A model generated the notes under the pieces. The model was given only the letters and a program-made list of their open reading frames with translations. It did not search any database and was not told the origin of the DNA. A DNA stretch of 63,427 nucleotides, the filler included, from Candidatus Hydrogenedentota bacterium (lineage in GTDB: Bacteria; JBFMHD01), in assembly GCA_040752395.1 (NCBI GenBank). It is 16 parts of 16 records of this genome, joined end to end, with 100 filler letters (N's around TTAATTAATTAA, not from the genome) between each part and the next. Parts side by side here need not be neighbours in the genome. Positions count along the whole stretch, not along the records: positions 15,467 to 32,430 come from JBFMHD010000032.1; 15 more parts are not named here. The stretch is one strand, 5' to 3'. The translations under genes were made by a program, and so were the position numbers. This document shows, piece by piece, positions 20,079 through 29,828 of this stretch (position 1 is the stretch's first letter; every line of letters begins with the position of its first letter).

Positions 20079-20878
20079 TTGGGGATCCCCAGAACATCCA
20101 TCATGGTATAAAATCCTTTAGTTTTATCTTTAAGAAACAAAAGAGCTTTAATAGCACCAATAGCAAAAGTATCTCTGCTTTGGGCTCTATGGATAAGCTC
20201 TATTCGTTCACCTATACCGGCAAAAATAATTGTATGTTCACCGACAATATCTCCGCCTCGAACCGCAAAAATCCCTATCTCGTTATCTTTTCGCTCCCCG
20301 ACTATACCATCTCTGCCATAAACCACTACGTCATTTATATTTTTTCCCAGAGTCGAGGCTATGTTTTCAGCAATTTTTTTAGCAGTACCTGAGGGTGCAT
20401 CGATTTTATGTTTGTGGTGTGCCTCAACTATCTCTATATCAAATCCTTTACCGAGTATTTTTGCGATCTCTGGCGCAATTTTAAATAATAAATTAACCCC
20501 TATGCTCATATTTGGTGATTGAACTACAGCGGTTTTTTCACCTATCTTTTTTAATCTATCAATAAATTTATTATCAAGTCCGGTTGTGCCGATCACAGCT
20601 TTAATATTTGTTCTATCTATTATTTCAATTAATTCTTTAGTTGCATCTTTAGTAGAGAAATCCACAACGCAATCTGATTTTTTAACGACCTTTTCTGCAT
20701 CATCGCTCACTTCTATTCCTATCTCATCAAAACCAACAAGTCTTCCTATATCTTTCCCTATTTCAGAGTTACCTTTAAATTCCAACCCCCCTGTTAGCTC
20801 AAGTTCTTTATTCTGCAAAATAAGTGCAGCAATCCTTCTACCCATTCTACCACAAATACCATTTATACAAACACGCAT
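20075..20878 (-). CDS. dapB: 4-hydroxy-tetrahydrodipicolinate reductase
   Basis: G..GRMG, GTTG, EAHHKHKIDAPSGTA. Confidence 0.95.
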   Translation of the reverse strand: MRVCINGICGRMGRRIAALILQNKELELTGGLEFKGNSEIGKDIGRLVGFDEIGIEVSDDAEKVVKKSDCVVDFSTKDATKELIEIIDRTNIKAVIGTTGLDNKFIDRLKKIGEKTAVVQSPNMSIGVNLLFKIAPEIAKILGKGFDIEIVEAHHKHKIDAPSGTAKKIAENIASTLGKNINDVVVYGRDGIVGERKDNEIGIFAVRGGDIVGEHTIIFAGIGERIELIHRAQSRDTFAIGAIKALLFLKDKTKGFYTMMDVLGIPK

Positions 20879-20882
20879 AAAA

Positions 20883-21090
20883 CCTCCTCTGAAAAACGCT
20901 GTAACTCTAATAATTCGGGGTACAGGCTACAGGCTACGGACTACAGCCGGCTGGAGCCAAAAGCCAAAAGCCTGCTGAAAAGTCTTGAGTCTCGAGTCCT
21001 GTTTTGACTCACGACTTGCAACTTGTGACTCTTTTCATATCATCTTTAGTTTTTCATCCTTACCCCTATCTTTTTCATACTTTGTAGAAC
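20883..21090 (-). repeat. Composite modular element between glnB and dapB
   Basis: Three ATGAAAA hubs, GAGTC and GGCT hairpins, terminus GAGGAGG 4 nt before ATG. Confidence 0.92.
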
Positions 21091-21091
21091 G

Positions 21092-21436
<345 letters not shown>

Positions 21437-21600
21437 TTACAATATTACAAATTTATTAAATTTGCTCAAGATATTTTTACGTGTATACCTTGCTTGCATC
21501 TATTCTATCACGGATAAAGTGGGACTGTCCCGTCAAACCTTCTTTTTTCATCCGTAAATCACCCTCATCTCATTTTTTATAGTATCAATCAAATAGTGCA

Positions 21601-21725
21601 TTGTGACATTAATTTCTGACCGTAGATTTTTTTATGTCATTCCCGCGAAAGCGGGAATCCATACGCTTTTACTGGATTTCACGGTCAAGCCGGGGAATGA
21701 CAATGTGCTGAAATTTATGTCACAA
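21601..21725. mobile_element. MITE-like element with internal REP-like palindrome
   Basis: 16-bp inverted repeats TTGTGACATTAATTTC / GAAATTTATGTCACAA (1 mismatch) around GTCATTCCCGCGAAAGCGGGAATCCA...GGAATGAC. Confidence 0.7.
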
Positions 21726-21941
21726 GCCAATAATAAGAATAATTTATTAAATTAAGTACAGAAATCTAATGGGCTGTAGAATCGTTTGGGGATAGTGAAA
21801 ACAAAATATCTGTGTGAAACCCTAGCAAGAACATTGGTTGTTAAATGATGAGCAAAATTGAGAGAGAGCAGAGAGATAATGTGCCGCGCTTTAATGTTTA
21901 TAAAAAAATATAATGAATAATTAGAAAATAAAATTTTGATA

Positions 21942-22370
21942 TTACCACAGTATGAATTTCCCTGGTCTGAAGTTCGGATCATTTGTCAACAATTCTTTTC
22001 CTATAACTAATCCGCCGATGACCTTTGCACCAATAGCAACTCCTCCTATTGCGATATATCCAACGGCAAGTCCGCCAAGACTCAAAAGCCCAAACGTTAG
22101 TCCGCCTAAACAGAATACGCCGATTGAAATGCCGCCAACTGATATTAATCCGATTGAGATATTTCCTATGGCAATAATACCTTTTGCAATCCGAAATTTT
22201 CCTGTTTGCGAATCTAACCATATTCCATGGACGATATGAACTAATGGATACCCCCATAATGTTTTCTTGCTTTTATATTCAAACCCACACGTACTTTTAG
22301 TACGAAGCACCTGGTCAAGTTTTTCTTCTATATTTTGCAGCCGTTTTTCCATTTCATTATCTTTCATCAT
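21942..22370 (-). CDS. Hypothetical membrane protein with Gly-rich hydrophobic repeats
   Basis: EYKSK.TLWG.PLVHI..AKGIIAIG then (G.ISIGG) repeats; start at ATG 22370. Confidence 0.7.
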   Translation of the reverse strand: MMKDNEMEKRLQNIEEKLDQVLRTKSTCGFEYKSKKTLWGYPLVHIVHGIWLDSQTGKFRIAKGIIAIGNISIGLISVGGISIGVFCLGGLTFGLLSLGGLAVGYIAIGGVAIGAKVIGGLVIGKELLTNDPNFRPGKFILW

Positions 22371-22585
22371 ATAATCGGTAGCGCCGAGTTTCCATTGTCT
22401 CGACTCAACACAAGTTTGTATCACTATTCCTAATTATGTCAATATAATATTTGTATCAATGAAACCTATAAAACCAGAACCATCCCTGTTTAATCTGTTT
22501 AATCGGTTTAATCGGTTAGTTCCACGTATACAGTCTTTCTGAATGTGAAATAATATTTTATAATTCCCAAGAACATACCGCTTAA

Positions 22586-22786
22586 TTATGATATTCCCTG
22601 ATTGGATAGTAATGCATCCTGCAGCCTGATAACCCTTCTTGGTAACGTTCTTCTTATTGCCCTCCATAAAAGCCATGTTTCCTCAAGTTTCTTTAACCTT
22701 TGATAAGGCGTGGTATTTTTCACTACAAATTCAAGATGTTCATAAGGAATGATATATTCGTGTTTAAAGTCAGAACCTTTATTCAT
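22586..22786 (-). CDS. Small hypothetical protein coupled to nucleotidyltransferase
   Basis: Overlaps upstream stop; TPYQRLKKLEE. Confidence 0.55.
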   Translation of the reverse strand: MNKGSDFKHEYIIPYEHLEFVVKNTTPYQRLKKLEETWLLWRAIRRTLPRRVIRLQDALLSNQGIS

Positions 22787-23273
22787 TATTTATCCTTTCA
22801 ATTTCTTTTAAATTCCTGATATCTATTAAATCCTGGGGTCGCGAAGCCATTAGTTTCAATTTAATAAGATGTTTGATGCTGATTACAGGGACACGCATAT
22901 TGGCAATCTTTACTCTCTTCAACTCTTTTTCAATTTTAGAAAATTTTATCGGCTCAGTTATAAACATATCTACCAGTTTTAAATGGTCCTTAAGATGAAA
23001 AAAAGAAAAAACCACCATCCCCTTTTTATCAATCCACTCCCTACGTTTCTGTTTGTCAATAAATTCTTCTTTTTTTACAGGTACTTTTGGACGATACCCC
23101 AGTTCATACATAATATCAAAAAATTTATTCAGGTTTTGATCGTTCAGCTTTACTATCAGATCAAGGTCGACGGTAAATCTCGTATACCCGTGCAAAACAA
23201 CAGCAACTCCTCCTGCCACAGCATATTTTATCTTATTTTTATTCAGTGACTTAAAGATGTCTTCGTATATCAT
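22779..23273 (-). CDS. Pol-beta-superfamily nucleotidyltransferase
   Basis: GGVAVVLHGYTRFTVDLD and LIKLK..SRPQDLIDI. Confidence 0.8.
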   Translation of the reverse strand: MIYEDIFKSLNKNKIKYAVAGGVAVVLHGYTRFTVDLDLIVKLNDQNLNKFFDIMYELGYRPKVPVKKEEFIDKQKRREWIDKKGMVVFSFFHLKDHLKLVDMFITEPIKFSKIEKELKRVKIANMRVPVISIKHLIKLKLMASRPQDLIDIRNLKEIERINNE

Positions 23274-23357
23274 ATAAAATTATAGACAATATGGCATGAT
23301 CGGCACTCTATAAAAATATATTATAGAGTATCAAAAATATCTAATGATGTCACGCCT

Positions 23358-23410
23358 ATGAGTATAATACGGTATGTTGGTATGGATGTCCACAAAAATT
23401 TTATTTTACA
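23358..23410 (+). pseudogene. IS110-family transposase N-terminal remnant
   Basis: Manual translation MSIIRYVGMDVHKNF; similarity lost afterwards. Confidence 0.55.
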
Positions 23411-23556
23411 GAGGGATACCTGCCAACATTGTGACCCCTATTCGATATTGAGCCAATGGTCTTTTTAGTAAAAGAGTTTGAAAAACCTGAACCGTCCCTG
23501 TTTTTCGCCGGTTTTTGCTTGATTAGATATGTGGTAATAATTAAAATATAAAGTAT

Positions 23557-26502
23557 ATGAACAATATAGGTACTGCGATCAGTAATGAGATATTTAAATT
23601 AATCAAAGATACTAATATCTCATCACCTCAATTAGCTGAGAAGAATTTAATCTCTATAGTTAATAAAGAAGAGTATGTACCATATTTTTTAGAAATTATT
23701 GACGTTTTAATTAGCGGTCTTAAATCAGCGGGTGATCCTGATAGAGTTCTTTGTAGTCTTGAAAGATTTTTTTGCAATGCAAACGACCACATATATCTTT
23801 TTAGAAAATTTATAGAAGAACCCCATCTGTTAAAAAAGCTTGTGGTCCTGATTGATAACAGCATTTTCTTATCTGAATATCTTATAAAATATCCTATGCT
23901 GTTCTTTGAATATACTAAAAAAAATATCTTTACTGATAAAATCAGTGTTGATTACTTAAATGCAGATTTTGAAAAGATTGAGAAATCAGGTATCTTTCTA
24001 AAAGATTTAATCTGTTTTCACCATAATACACTTTTTCATATAATCTATCGTCATCTTATCCTTGGCATTTCTTTACAGGAGTATACAGAAGAGTTATCAG
24101 AGCTTGCCGGGTTTGTTATTAACAGGGTTTATAATCAATCGTTACAGGATTTAATTAATACTTACGGTACGCCGTCAAATAATTCTCAACTTATTATTAT
24201 AGGTGTTGGAAAATTAGGTGGGATGGAATTAAACTATAGTTCTGATATTGATTTAATCTTTTTTTATACAGAGGATGGGTATACAGAAACAGAGACTCAG
24301 CTCAAACAATTAACGAATAATGAATTTTTTTCTCGTCTCACAGATACAATTATCAAAACACTTGGAGCAAAGACAGAGGACGGGTGGTTATATCGGGTTG
24401 ATATCCGGCTTCGGCCAGATGGCGAGACTGGTCCTTTATGTTTAGGTCTTGATGCGGCTTTAACTTATTATTCTACGCGTTCAGCTTTCTTTGAGAAACA
24501 GGCTATGACAAAAGCAAGAGTTATTGCAGGTGATTTTAATAAGGGAAACGAATTTTTGGTTGGTATAAAAAAACTGTTTTTTCCGCGTCACGGCGAGGAT
24601 ACTATACTTAACGATATTTATACAATGAAATCAAAGATAAATGCTGAACTCGGGAATATTACTGAACTTACTTTTAATGTCAAACTTGGTTATGGCGGTA
24701 TAAGGGAGATAGAATTTATTGTTCAGGCTTTGTTAATTTTAAATCTTGGTTCTTTCCCTCATATTCTCAACATCAATACTCTACAATCATTAACAAATTT
24801 AAGAGATGCCAGGATAATATCTAATGTTGAATTCGAGTTACTATTTAATTCTTATATTTTTTTACGCGAACTTGAACACAGTCTCCAGCTGCTTTCATTC
24901 AGACAGACTCATACTCTACCAGTTGATGAGAGGACCCTTGAGCAAATCGCAAAACGGCTTGGATATAAAAATTTTAAGGATTTACTCAATAGATTTATGA
25001 AAACAACAGAGATGGTCCACCAGCTATATACAGATAAAATAAAAATACCGGCTTCGTTACAGTCGGATTTAAAACTACTTCTTGAAAATATCGACATAAT
25101 AAAGAAAAAAAATATTCTCGAAAGATACAAATTATTTGACTATAAAAAGGCATTGCAAGACTTATATTATATTCAGTATGGCCATAAAAAAAGCCCTATC
25201 TATGAAGTCTCCACTGAAAAATTTATAGGTTTTTTGCCATCATTATTATCTTCAGTTTCAACAAAATTTAACCCTTCCTTTACACTCTCAGCTATCGAAC
25301 AAATATTTAATAATTTTACAGCAAAAGGTATGTTGTTTGATCTGCTTTCAAAGAACGAATTTCTTATGTATTTGTTCTCCGAGATAGCATCAAAAAGTGA
25401 AATGCTGTCAAGCTATCTGGTAAAATATCCGGCGCTTTTTGATATACTTGTTGATTTTGATGAATTATTTAAATCTGTAAATGATGAGAGTTTTGATGAT
25501 ACAGTTCACACCCATTTACTTAATTATAAAATAGAAAAACATTTTAAAACAGGTGTTCAGTATATTCTCGGTATTAACAATGTTTCTTCAACTCTATTGA
25601 ACTATACTAAAATTGCTGATAATATATTGAGTGTTTTAACCAGATATTTTTATAGCAAAGAAGAGAGTGGATATTTCCTTGCATCTTTAGGAAAACTTGG
25701 TTCCTGTGAACTTGGCATCGCCTCTGATCTCGATTTATTATTTATACATAACGATGAAATCTCTGAACCACTAACTAAAGCTACAAAACTTCTCAATTTT
25801 TTAAGTGAATCGACCCCTTCTGGAAAACTCTATAGAGTTGATGCCCGGCTCAGACCCGAAGGCGAAAAATCACCTATCTCAATACACATAAACCACTGTC
25901 TTCAATATTATCTCGATCGAGCCCGAGACTGGGAAAAACTTGCTATGACAAGACTGAGATATATAAGTGGTGATAAAAAATTGTTTGGGCTCTTTCAAAG
26001 TAAAGTATCTGAATTCGTATACGGCTCTACTCCGCCACCACCTTCAAACATTCTTGAAATGAAAAAAAATATCGAAATATCGCATAAAGATAAAAATGAT
26101 TTCAAACATAATGAAGGTGGATTGATGGAAATAGAGATGCTTTTACAACTTATTAATATTCATCTTGGTAAAATAGATACTAATGTAAGATATGCCCCAC
26201 CTCTTATTACACTTGAAAATTCTGTCACGCACGAGATAATCTCTCTCCAAGAATCCTTCACAATCAGAGAAGCATATATTTTATATAGAAGTATAGAAAC
26301 AGGTCTAAATCTTATAGGACTCCAAAAAACAAATATATTCCCCACAAATAAAGAAATCTTAACTAAATTATATTATACATTGCAGGATAATATGAAATTT
26401 GCAATAAATCAGAACGAATTTCTAAATTATATGGCTACTATCAGAGCAAAAATAAGAAAAATATTTAACAGCATTATTTATAGACTGAGCCCGCAGTCAT
26501 AG
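23557..26502 (+). CDS. glnE: Bifunctional glutamine synthetase adenylyltransferase/deadenylylase
   Basis: Two GKLG..EL...SD.DL and YRVD.RLRP.G repeats; KLGYGGIREIEF. Confidence 0.92.
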   Translation: MNNIGTAISNEIFKLIKDTNISSPQLAEKNLISIVNKEEYVPYFLEIIDVLISGLKSAGDPDRVLCSLERFFCNANDHIYLFRKFIEEPHLLKKLVVLIDNSIFLSEYLIKYPMLFFEYTKKNIFTDKISVDYLNADFEKIEKSGIFLKDLICFHHNTLFHIIYRHLILGISLQEYTEELSELAGFVINRVYNQSLQDLINTYGTPSNNSQLIIIGVGKLGGMELNYSSDIDLIFFYTEDGYTETETQLKQLTNNEFFSRLTDTIIKTLGAKTEDGWLYRVDIRLRPDGETGPLCLGLDAALTYYSTRSAFFEKQAMTKARVIAGDFNKGNEFLVGIKKLFFPRHGEDTILNDIYTMKSKINAELGNITELTFNVKLGYGGIREIEFIVQALLILNLGSFPHILNINTLQSLTNLRDARIISNVEFELLFNSYIFLRELEHSLQLLSFRQTHTLPVDERTLEQIAKRLGYKNFKDLLNRFMKTTEMVHQLYTDKIKIPASLQSDLKLLLENIDIIKKKNILERYKLFDYKKALQDLYYIQYGHKKSPIYEVSTEKFIGFLPSLLSSVSTKFNPSFTLSAIEQIFNNFTAKGMLFDLLSKNEFLMYLFSEIASKSEMLSSYLVKYPALFDILVDFDELFKSVNDESFDDTVHTHLLNYKIEKHFKTGVQYILGINNVSSTLLNYTKIADNILSVLTRYFYSKEESGYFLASLGKLGSCELGIASDLDLLFIHNDEISEPLTKATKLLNFLSESTPSGKLYRVDARLRPEGEKSPISIHINHCLQYYLDRARDWEKLAMTRLRYISGDKKLFGLFQSKVSEFVYGSTPPPPSNILEMKKNIEISHKDKNDFKHNEGGLMEIEMLLQLINIHLGKIDTNVRYAPPLITLENSVTHEIISLQESFTIREAYILYRSIETGLNLIGLQKTNIFPTNKEILTKLYYTLQDNMKFAINQNEFLNYMATIRAKIRKIFNSIIYRLSPQS

Positions 26503-26579
26503 ATGATATAATAGAAGCAAGATATTCCGGTTTTAAAATTCTTTACAAAATCTGTTATTTTTTGTTTTAATTATCTCGT

Positions 26580-26747
26580 TTTCATAAGCATCTTTTGCGC
26601 TCTACACTATTGGGTTCTTGGGTTCTTGCGTTATTGGGTTATTGCGTTTTTGCGCTCTACACAATATATGAAAAAGATAGGAGTTAGGAGTTAGAAGTTT
26701 GTAATAATAGCTCCGAACTCCGAACTTCGAAGTTCTTTCAAAGGGGG
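26580..26747 (+). repeat. Composite modular element between glnE and asd
   Basis: REP halves, 9-mer array, hub, GGAGTT hairpin, TTTCAAAGGGGG. Confidence 0.9.
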
Positions 26748-26759
26748 TTGATAACTGCT

Positions 26760-27842
26760 ATGGATAAATTAAGAGTTGGTGTTATTGGTGCCACAGGTAT
26801 GGTTGGCCAGAGGTTTGTTACCCTGCTTGAAAACCATCCCTGGTTTGATACTGTATTAGTTGCTGCAAGTGCTTCATCAGCGGGTAAAACCTATGAAGAT
26901 GCGGTAGCTGGCCGCTGGACCATAAATAAACCAATCCCATCCCTTATTGCTAAACTTATTGTTTATAACGCACAGGAGATAGCTGATATCGCTCAAAAGG
27001 TCGATTTTGTATTCTGTGCCGTAGATATGTCTAAAGACGAAATTTTAAAATTAGAAGAAAATTATGCTAAAGCAGAGGTACCAGTGGTATCTAATAACTC
27101 GGCACATCGTGGAACTATGGATGTCCCTATGATGATACCTGAGATTAATAGTTCTCATACTGCAATTATAAATAAACAAAAAGAACGTCTTGGAACAAAA
27201 AGAGGGTTTATTGCGGTAAAACCGAACTGTTCTTTACAGAGTTATACGCCAGCGATACATCCATTGATTGACTTTGAACCAACGGATATTATCGTCGCTA
27301 CTTATCAAGCGATTTCAGGTGCAGGTAAAACTTTTGAGACCTGGGCTGAAATGATAGATAATGTTATCCCTTTTATAAAAGGTGAGGAAGAGAAAAGTGA
27401 ACAGGAGCCTATGAAGATCTGGGGTAGAATTGAGGGAGACCGAATCATAAACGCTACTTCACCAAAAATATCAGCTCAATGCATCCGTGTCCCTGTTACT
27501 GATGGCCATCTTGCCGCAGTTTCCGTAAAATTTAAGAAGAAACCAAAAAAAGAAGATATAATTTCAAGATGGAAGTCTTTTGAAGGCGAACCCCAAAAAT
27601 TAAATCTCCCTTTAGCTCCAAAACCGTTCTTAACATATTTCGAGGAAGATATCAGACCACAAACAAAACTTGATAGAGATATCAGCAACGGCATGGGTAT
27701 AGCTATCGGACGATTAAGAGAAGATAAAATCTTCGATTATAGGTTTGTATGTCTATCTCATAATACTATTCGGGGGGCAGCAGGTGGTGCTATACTTATT
27801 GCTGAACTTTTATTCAAACAGGGATACCTTGGTAGAAGATAG
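26760..27842 (+). CDS. asd: Aspartate-semialdehyde dehydrogenase
   Basis: [36 protein letters not shown]. Confidence 0.95.
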   Translation: MDKLRVGVIGATGMVGQRFVTLLENHPWFDTVLVAASASSAGKTYEDAVAGRWTINKPIPSLIAKLIVYNAQEIADIAQKVDFVFCAVDMSKDEILKLEENYAKAEVPVVSNNSAHRGTMDVPMMIPEINSSHTAIINKQKERLGTKRGFIAVKPNCSLQSYTPAIHPLIDFEPTDIIVATYQAISGAGKTFETWAEMIDNVIPFIKGEEEKSEQEPMKIWGRIEGDRIINATSPKISAQCIRVPVTDGHLAAVSVKFKKKPKKEDIISRWKSFEGEPQKLNLPLAPKPFLTYFEEDIRPQTKLDRDISNGMGIAIGRLREDKIFDYRFVCLSHNTIRGAAGGAILIAELLFKQGYLGRR

Positions 27843-27930
27843 AAGACAGAATACAGAAGACAGAAAATAAGAAATGAGAAATAAGAAGTAAAAAGTGAAA
27901 AGTATCAGAAAAATGGATGGAAAGCAAGAT
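27834..27930 (+). repeat. Heptamer STR tract (AGAAGAC / AGAAATA / AGAAGTA)
   Basis: Degenerate 7-nt periodic array after asd. Confidence 0.75.
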
Positions 27931-27950
27931 TAAAGGTTGCTGGATTTTAA

Positions 27951-29669
27951 ATGGTACAAAATACTGAAAATATAGCAGAAACAATCCGTAAAAATGTAAT
28001 ACTGAGTTATAAAGAGATACAGGAGATTCTGGATAATTTGAATTCAAAGACTGATGATAATTGTCCCTATGGGATTGTAGATTATAAAGCAAGTGATAAA
28101 AAAAACATTTTATCAGTATTTATTATGGGTACAGCAGGGACCAAAGATTTCAAAAGTATAACAACAAGACTGAAAAAAGATGAGAAATATTCTGATTTTG
28201 ATATCTGGGTTATTTTAAAAGATAATCTATATACCAGTTCTTCTTTAAATCTTTTAAAAAATAAAACAGATAATTTAATAAAGAAATTAAATTCACCTTA
28301 TCCTATAACATTCTGGTTTATATCTGAGAGTAGTTATCGCGACTGGAGTTTTTTTGAATTCGGTAGTGAAGAGAGCTACCTTGGTCTTGCATCGAACCAT
28401 TTAAAAGATTACTTCCTCTCAACAAAAACACTTATTGCTGGAAAAGAGATCTTTTCACACACTGTTTCAGAGATCCCGCCACAGGAAGGATATGAATTGT
28501 CTATTATCTCGCTTATGCAGGCATATAAAGGTAACCCGGCTAAAGCTGCTCTTAGAGCTGCGCTCGGACTTCTTATAGCAAGTCAGTCTATAAATCCGAT
28601 CTCCGAAATTATGGAGAAGGAAGCTGAAAAAAATTTTAGTCCTGAAATGTCAAGATATGAATTGATTAAAATCAGCGAAAAGCTACCAACGGTTTATGAT
28701 ATAATTTTTTCAAAGATTCTTGAAAAAGAAGGAAGCCTCTTTACAGCTCCAGAGGTAACTCTTTTACATAACTGTTATAAACTTAAAAGCGGATTAGACA
28801 GTACAGAGGTGCAAAAACTTTTTTCTTCTAAAAATCCGAGTGATATAACGCTGCAAAAAAAATTCATTGAGAATACGTTAAATTTCATTACTCAGATGCA
28901 GATGAAACTTAAAGATAGATACCTTTATTTTTTAAAAGGGTTTGATAAAAATATAGTAATCAAAAAATTAACAGATTTAAAAATTTATACGCGAATGCTC
29001 CTCTCATGGGAATCAAGACATATAATTAATGATTTAATAAAAAATATACGCCTTCATTCTATATTCATCGAACAGGATAAAGACGATAATTTTATCATCC
29101 AGTATCTTTATCAAGAAGGAATATATATAAATTCAAAATATCAAGATTTATTCGATGCTTTAAGCGAAATAGCAAGGGTTAAAGATGTTCTTAAATATAT
29201 CCGATTTAAGGGTTCTGTGCTTCAAGCTGGCTATGATAGAAAATCCGCTCTCAGCTTACTTGAAATATTATCTAATTTTATATATACACCATCCTGCCAT
29301 CCCACAATCTCATCGATGTATGACTATATACATTTAGATATTCCAGAACATATACTTATTATAAAGACTGATGCTGGTTTTACTATGTTTTATAAATATC
29401 CTTACGGAAGAACAGGCAGATTAATGACTAATCTTTCAAAATATTTTTCTGATATCCAATCAATGTGTAATATCTTTTATGTTAAGATATTTAAACAGGG
29501 TTTAATTCAATCTGTAACTTTACCGCAGGTCACTATCCAGGCTACTGATTATACAGGATATAAAAAATTAGCTAAAGAAATAGAAAGTGAATTTATTGAA
29601 TATTTAAATATTTTAATGAGAGCTGATGAAATCGAAATAAAAATTAATTACTCGCTGAAAAATAATTAA
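27951..29669 (+). CDS. Hypothetical protein with class I adenylate cyclase-like nucleotidyltransferase N-terminus
   Basis: FIMGTAGT...SDFDIWV and DYF....LIAGK. Confidence 0.5.
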   Translation: MVQNTENIAETIRKNVILSYKEIQEILDNLNSKTDDNCPYGIVDYKASDKKNILSVFIMGTAGTKDFKSITTRLKKDEKYSDFDIWVILKDNLYTSSSLNLLKNKTDNLIKKLNSPYPITFWFISESSYRDWSFFEFGSEESYLGLASNHLKDYFLSTKTLIAGKEIFSHTVSEIPPQEGYELSIISLMQAYKGNPAKAALRAALGLLIASQSINPISEIMEKEAEKNFSPEMSRYELIKISEKLPTVYDIIFSKILEKEGSLFTAPEVTLLHNCYKLKSGLDSTEVQKLFSSKNPSDITLQKKFIENTLNFITQMQMKLKDRYLYFLKGFDKNIVIKKLTDLKIYTRMLLSWESRHIINDLIKNIRLHSIFIEQDKDDNFIIQYLYQEGIYINSKYQDLFDALSEIARVKDVLKYIRFKGSVLQAGYDRKSALSLLEILSNFIYTPSCHPTISSMYDYIHLDIPEHILIIKTDAGFTMFYKYPYGRTGRLMTNLSKYFSDIQSMCNIFYVKIFKQGLIQSVTLPQVTIQATDYTGYKKLAKEIESEFIEYLNILMRADEIEIKINYSLKNN

Positions 29670-29776
29670 TAATGACCATCCTTTATTATAATTAAAGCTG
29701 ATTAAACTCATCAATACTGATAGCAGCTTGTTTTAAAAGCTTTTTTAATAAACCTATACCAGGTTCTTTAAAATGA

Positions 29777-29821
29777 TTATCCCGATACCATCCTTCAATA
29801 TTAAGGATAATATCGGGATAA
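29777..29821. terminator. Hairpin between convergent genes
   Basis: TTATCCCGATA..ATCCTT loop AAGGAT..TATCGGGATAA. Confidence 0.6.
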
Positions 29822-29828
29822 CGTTTAA

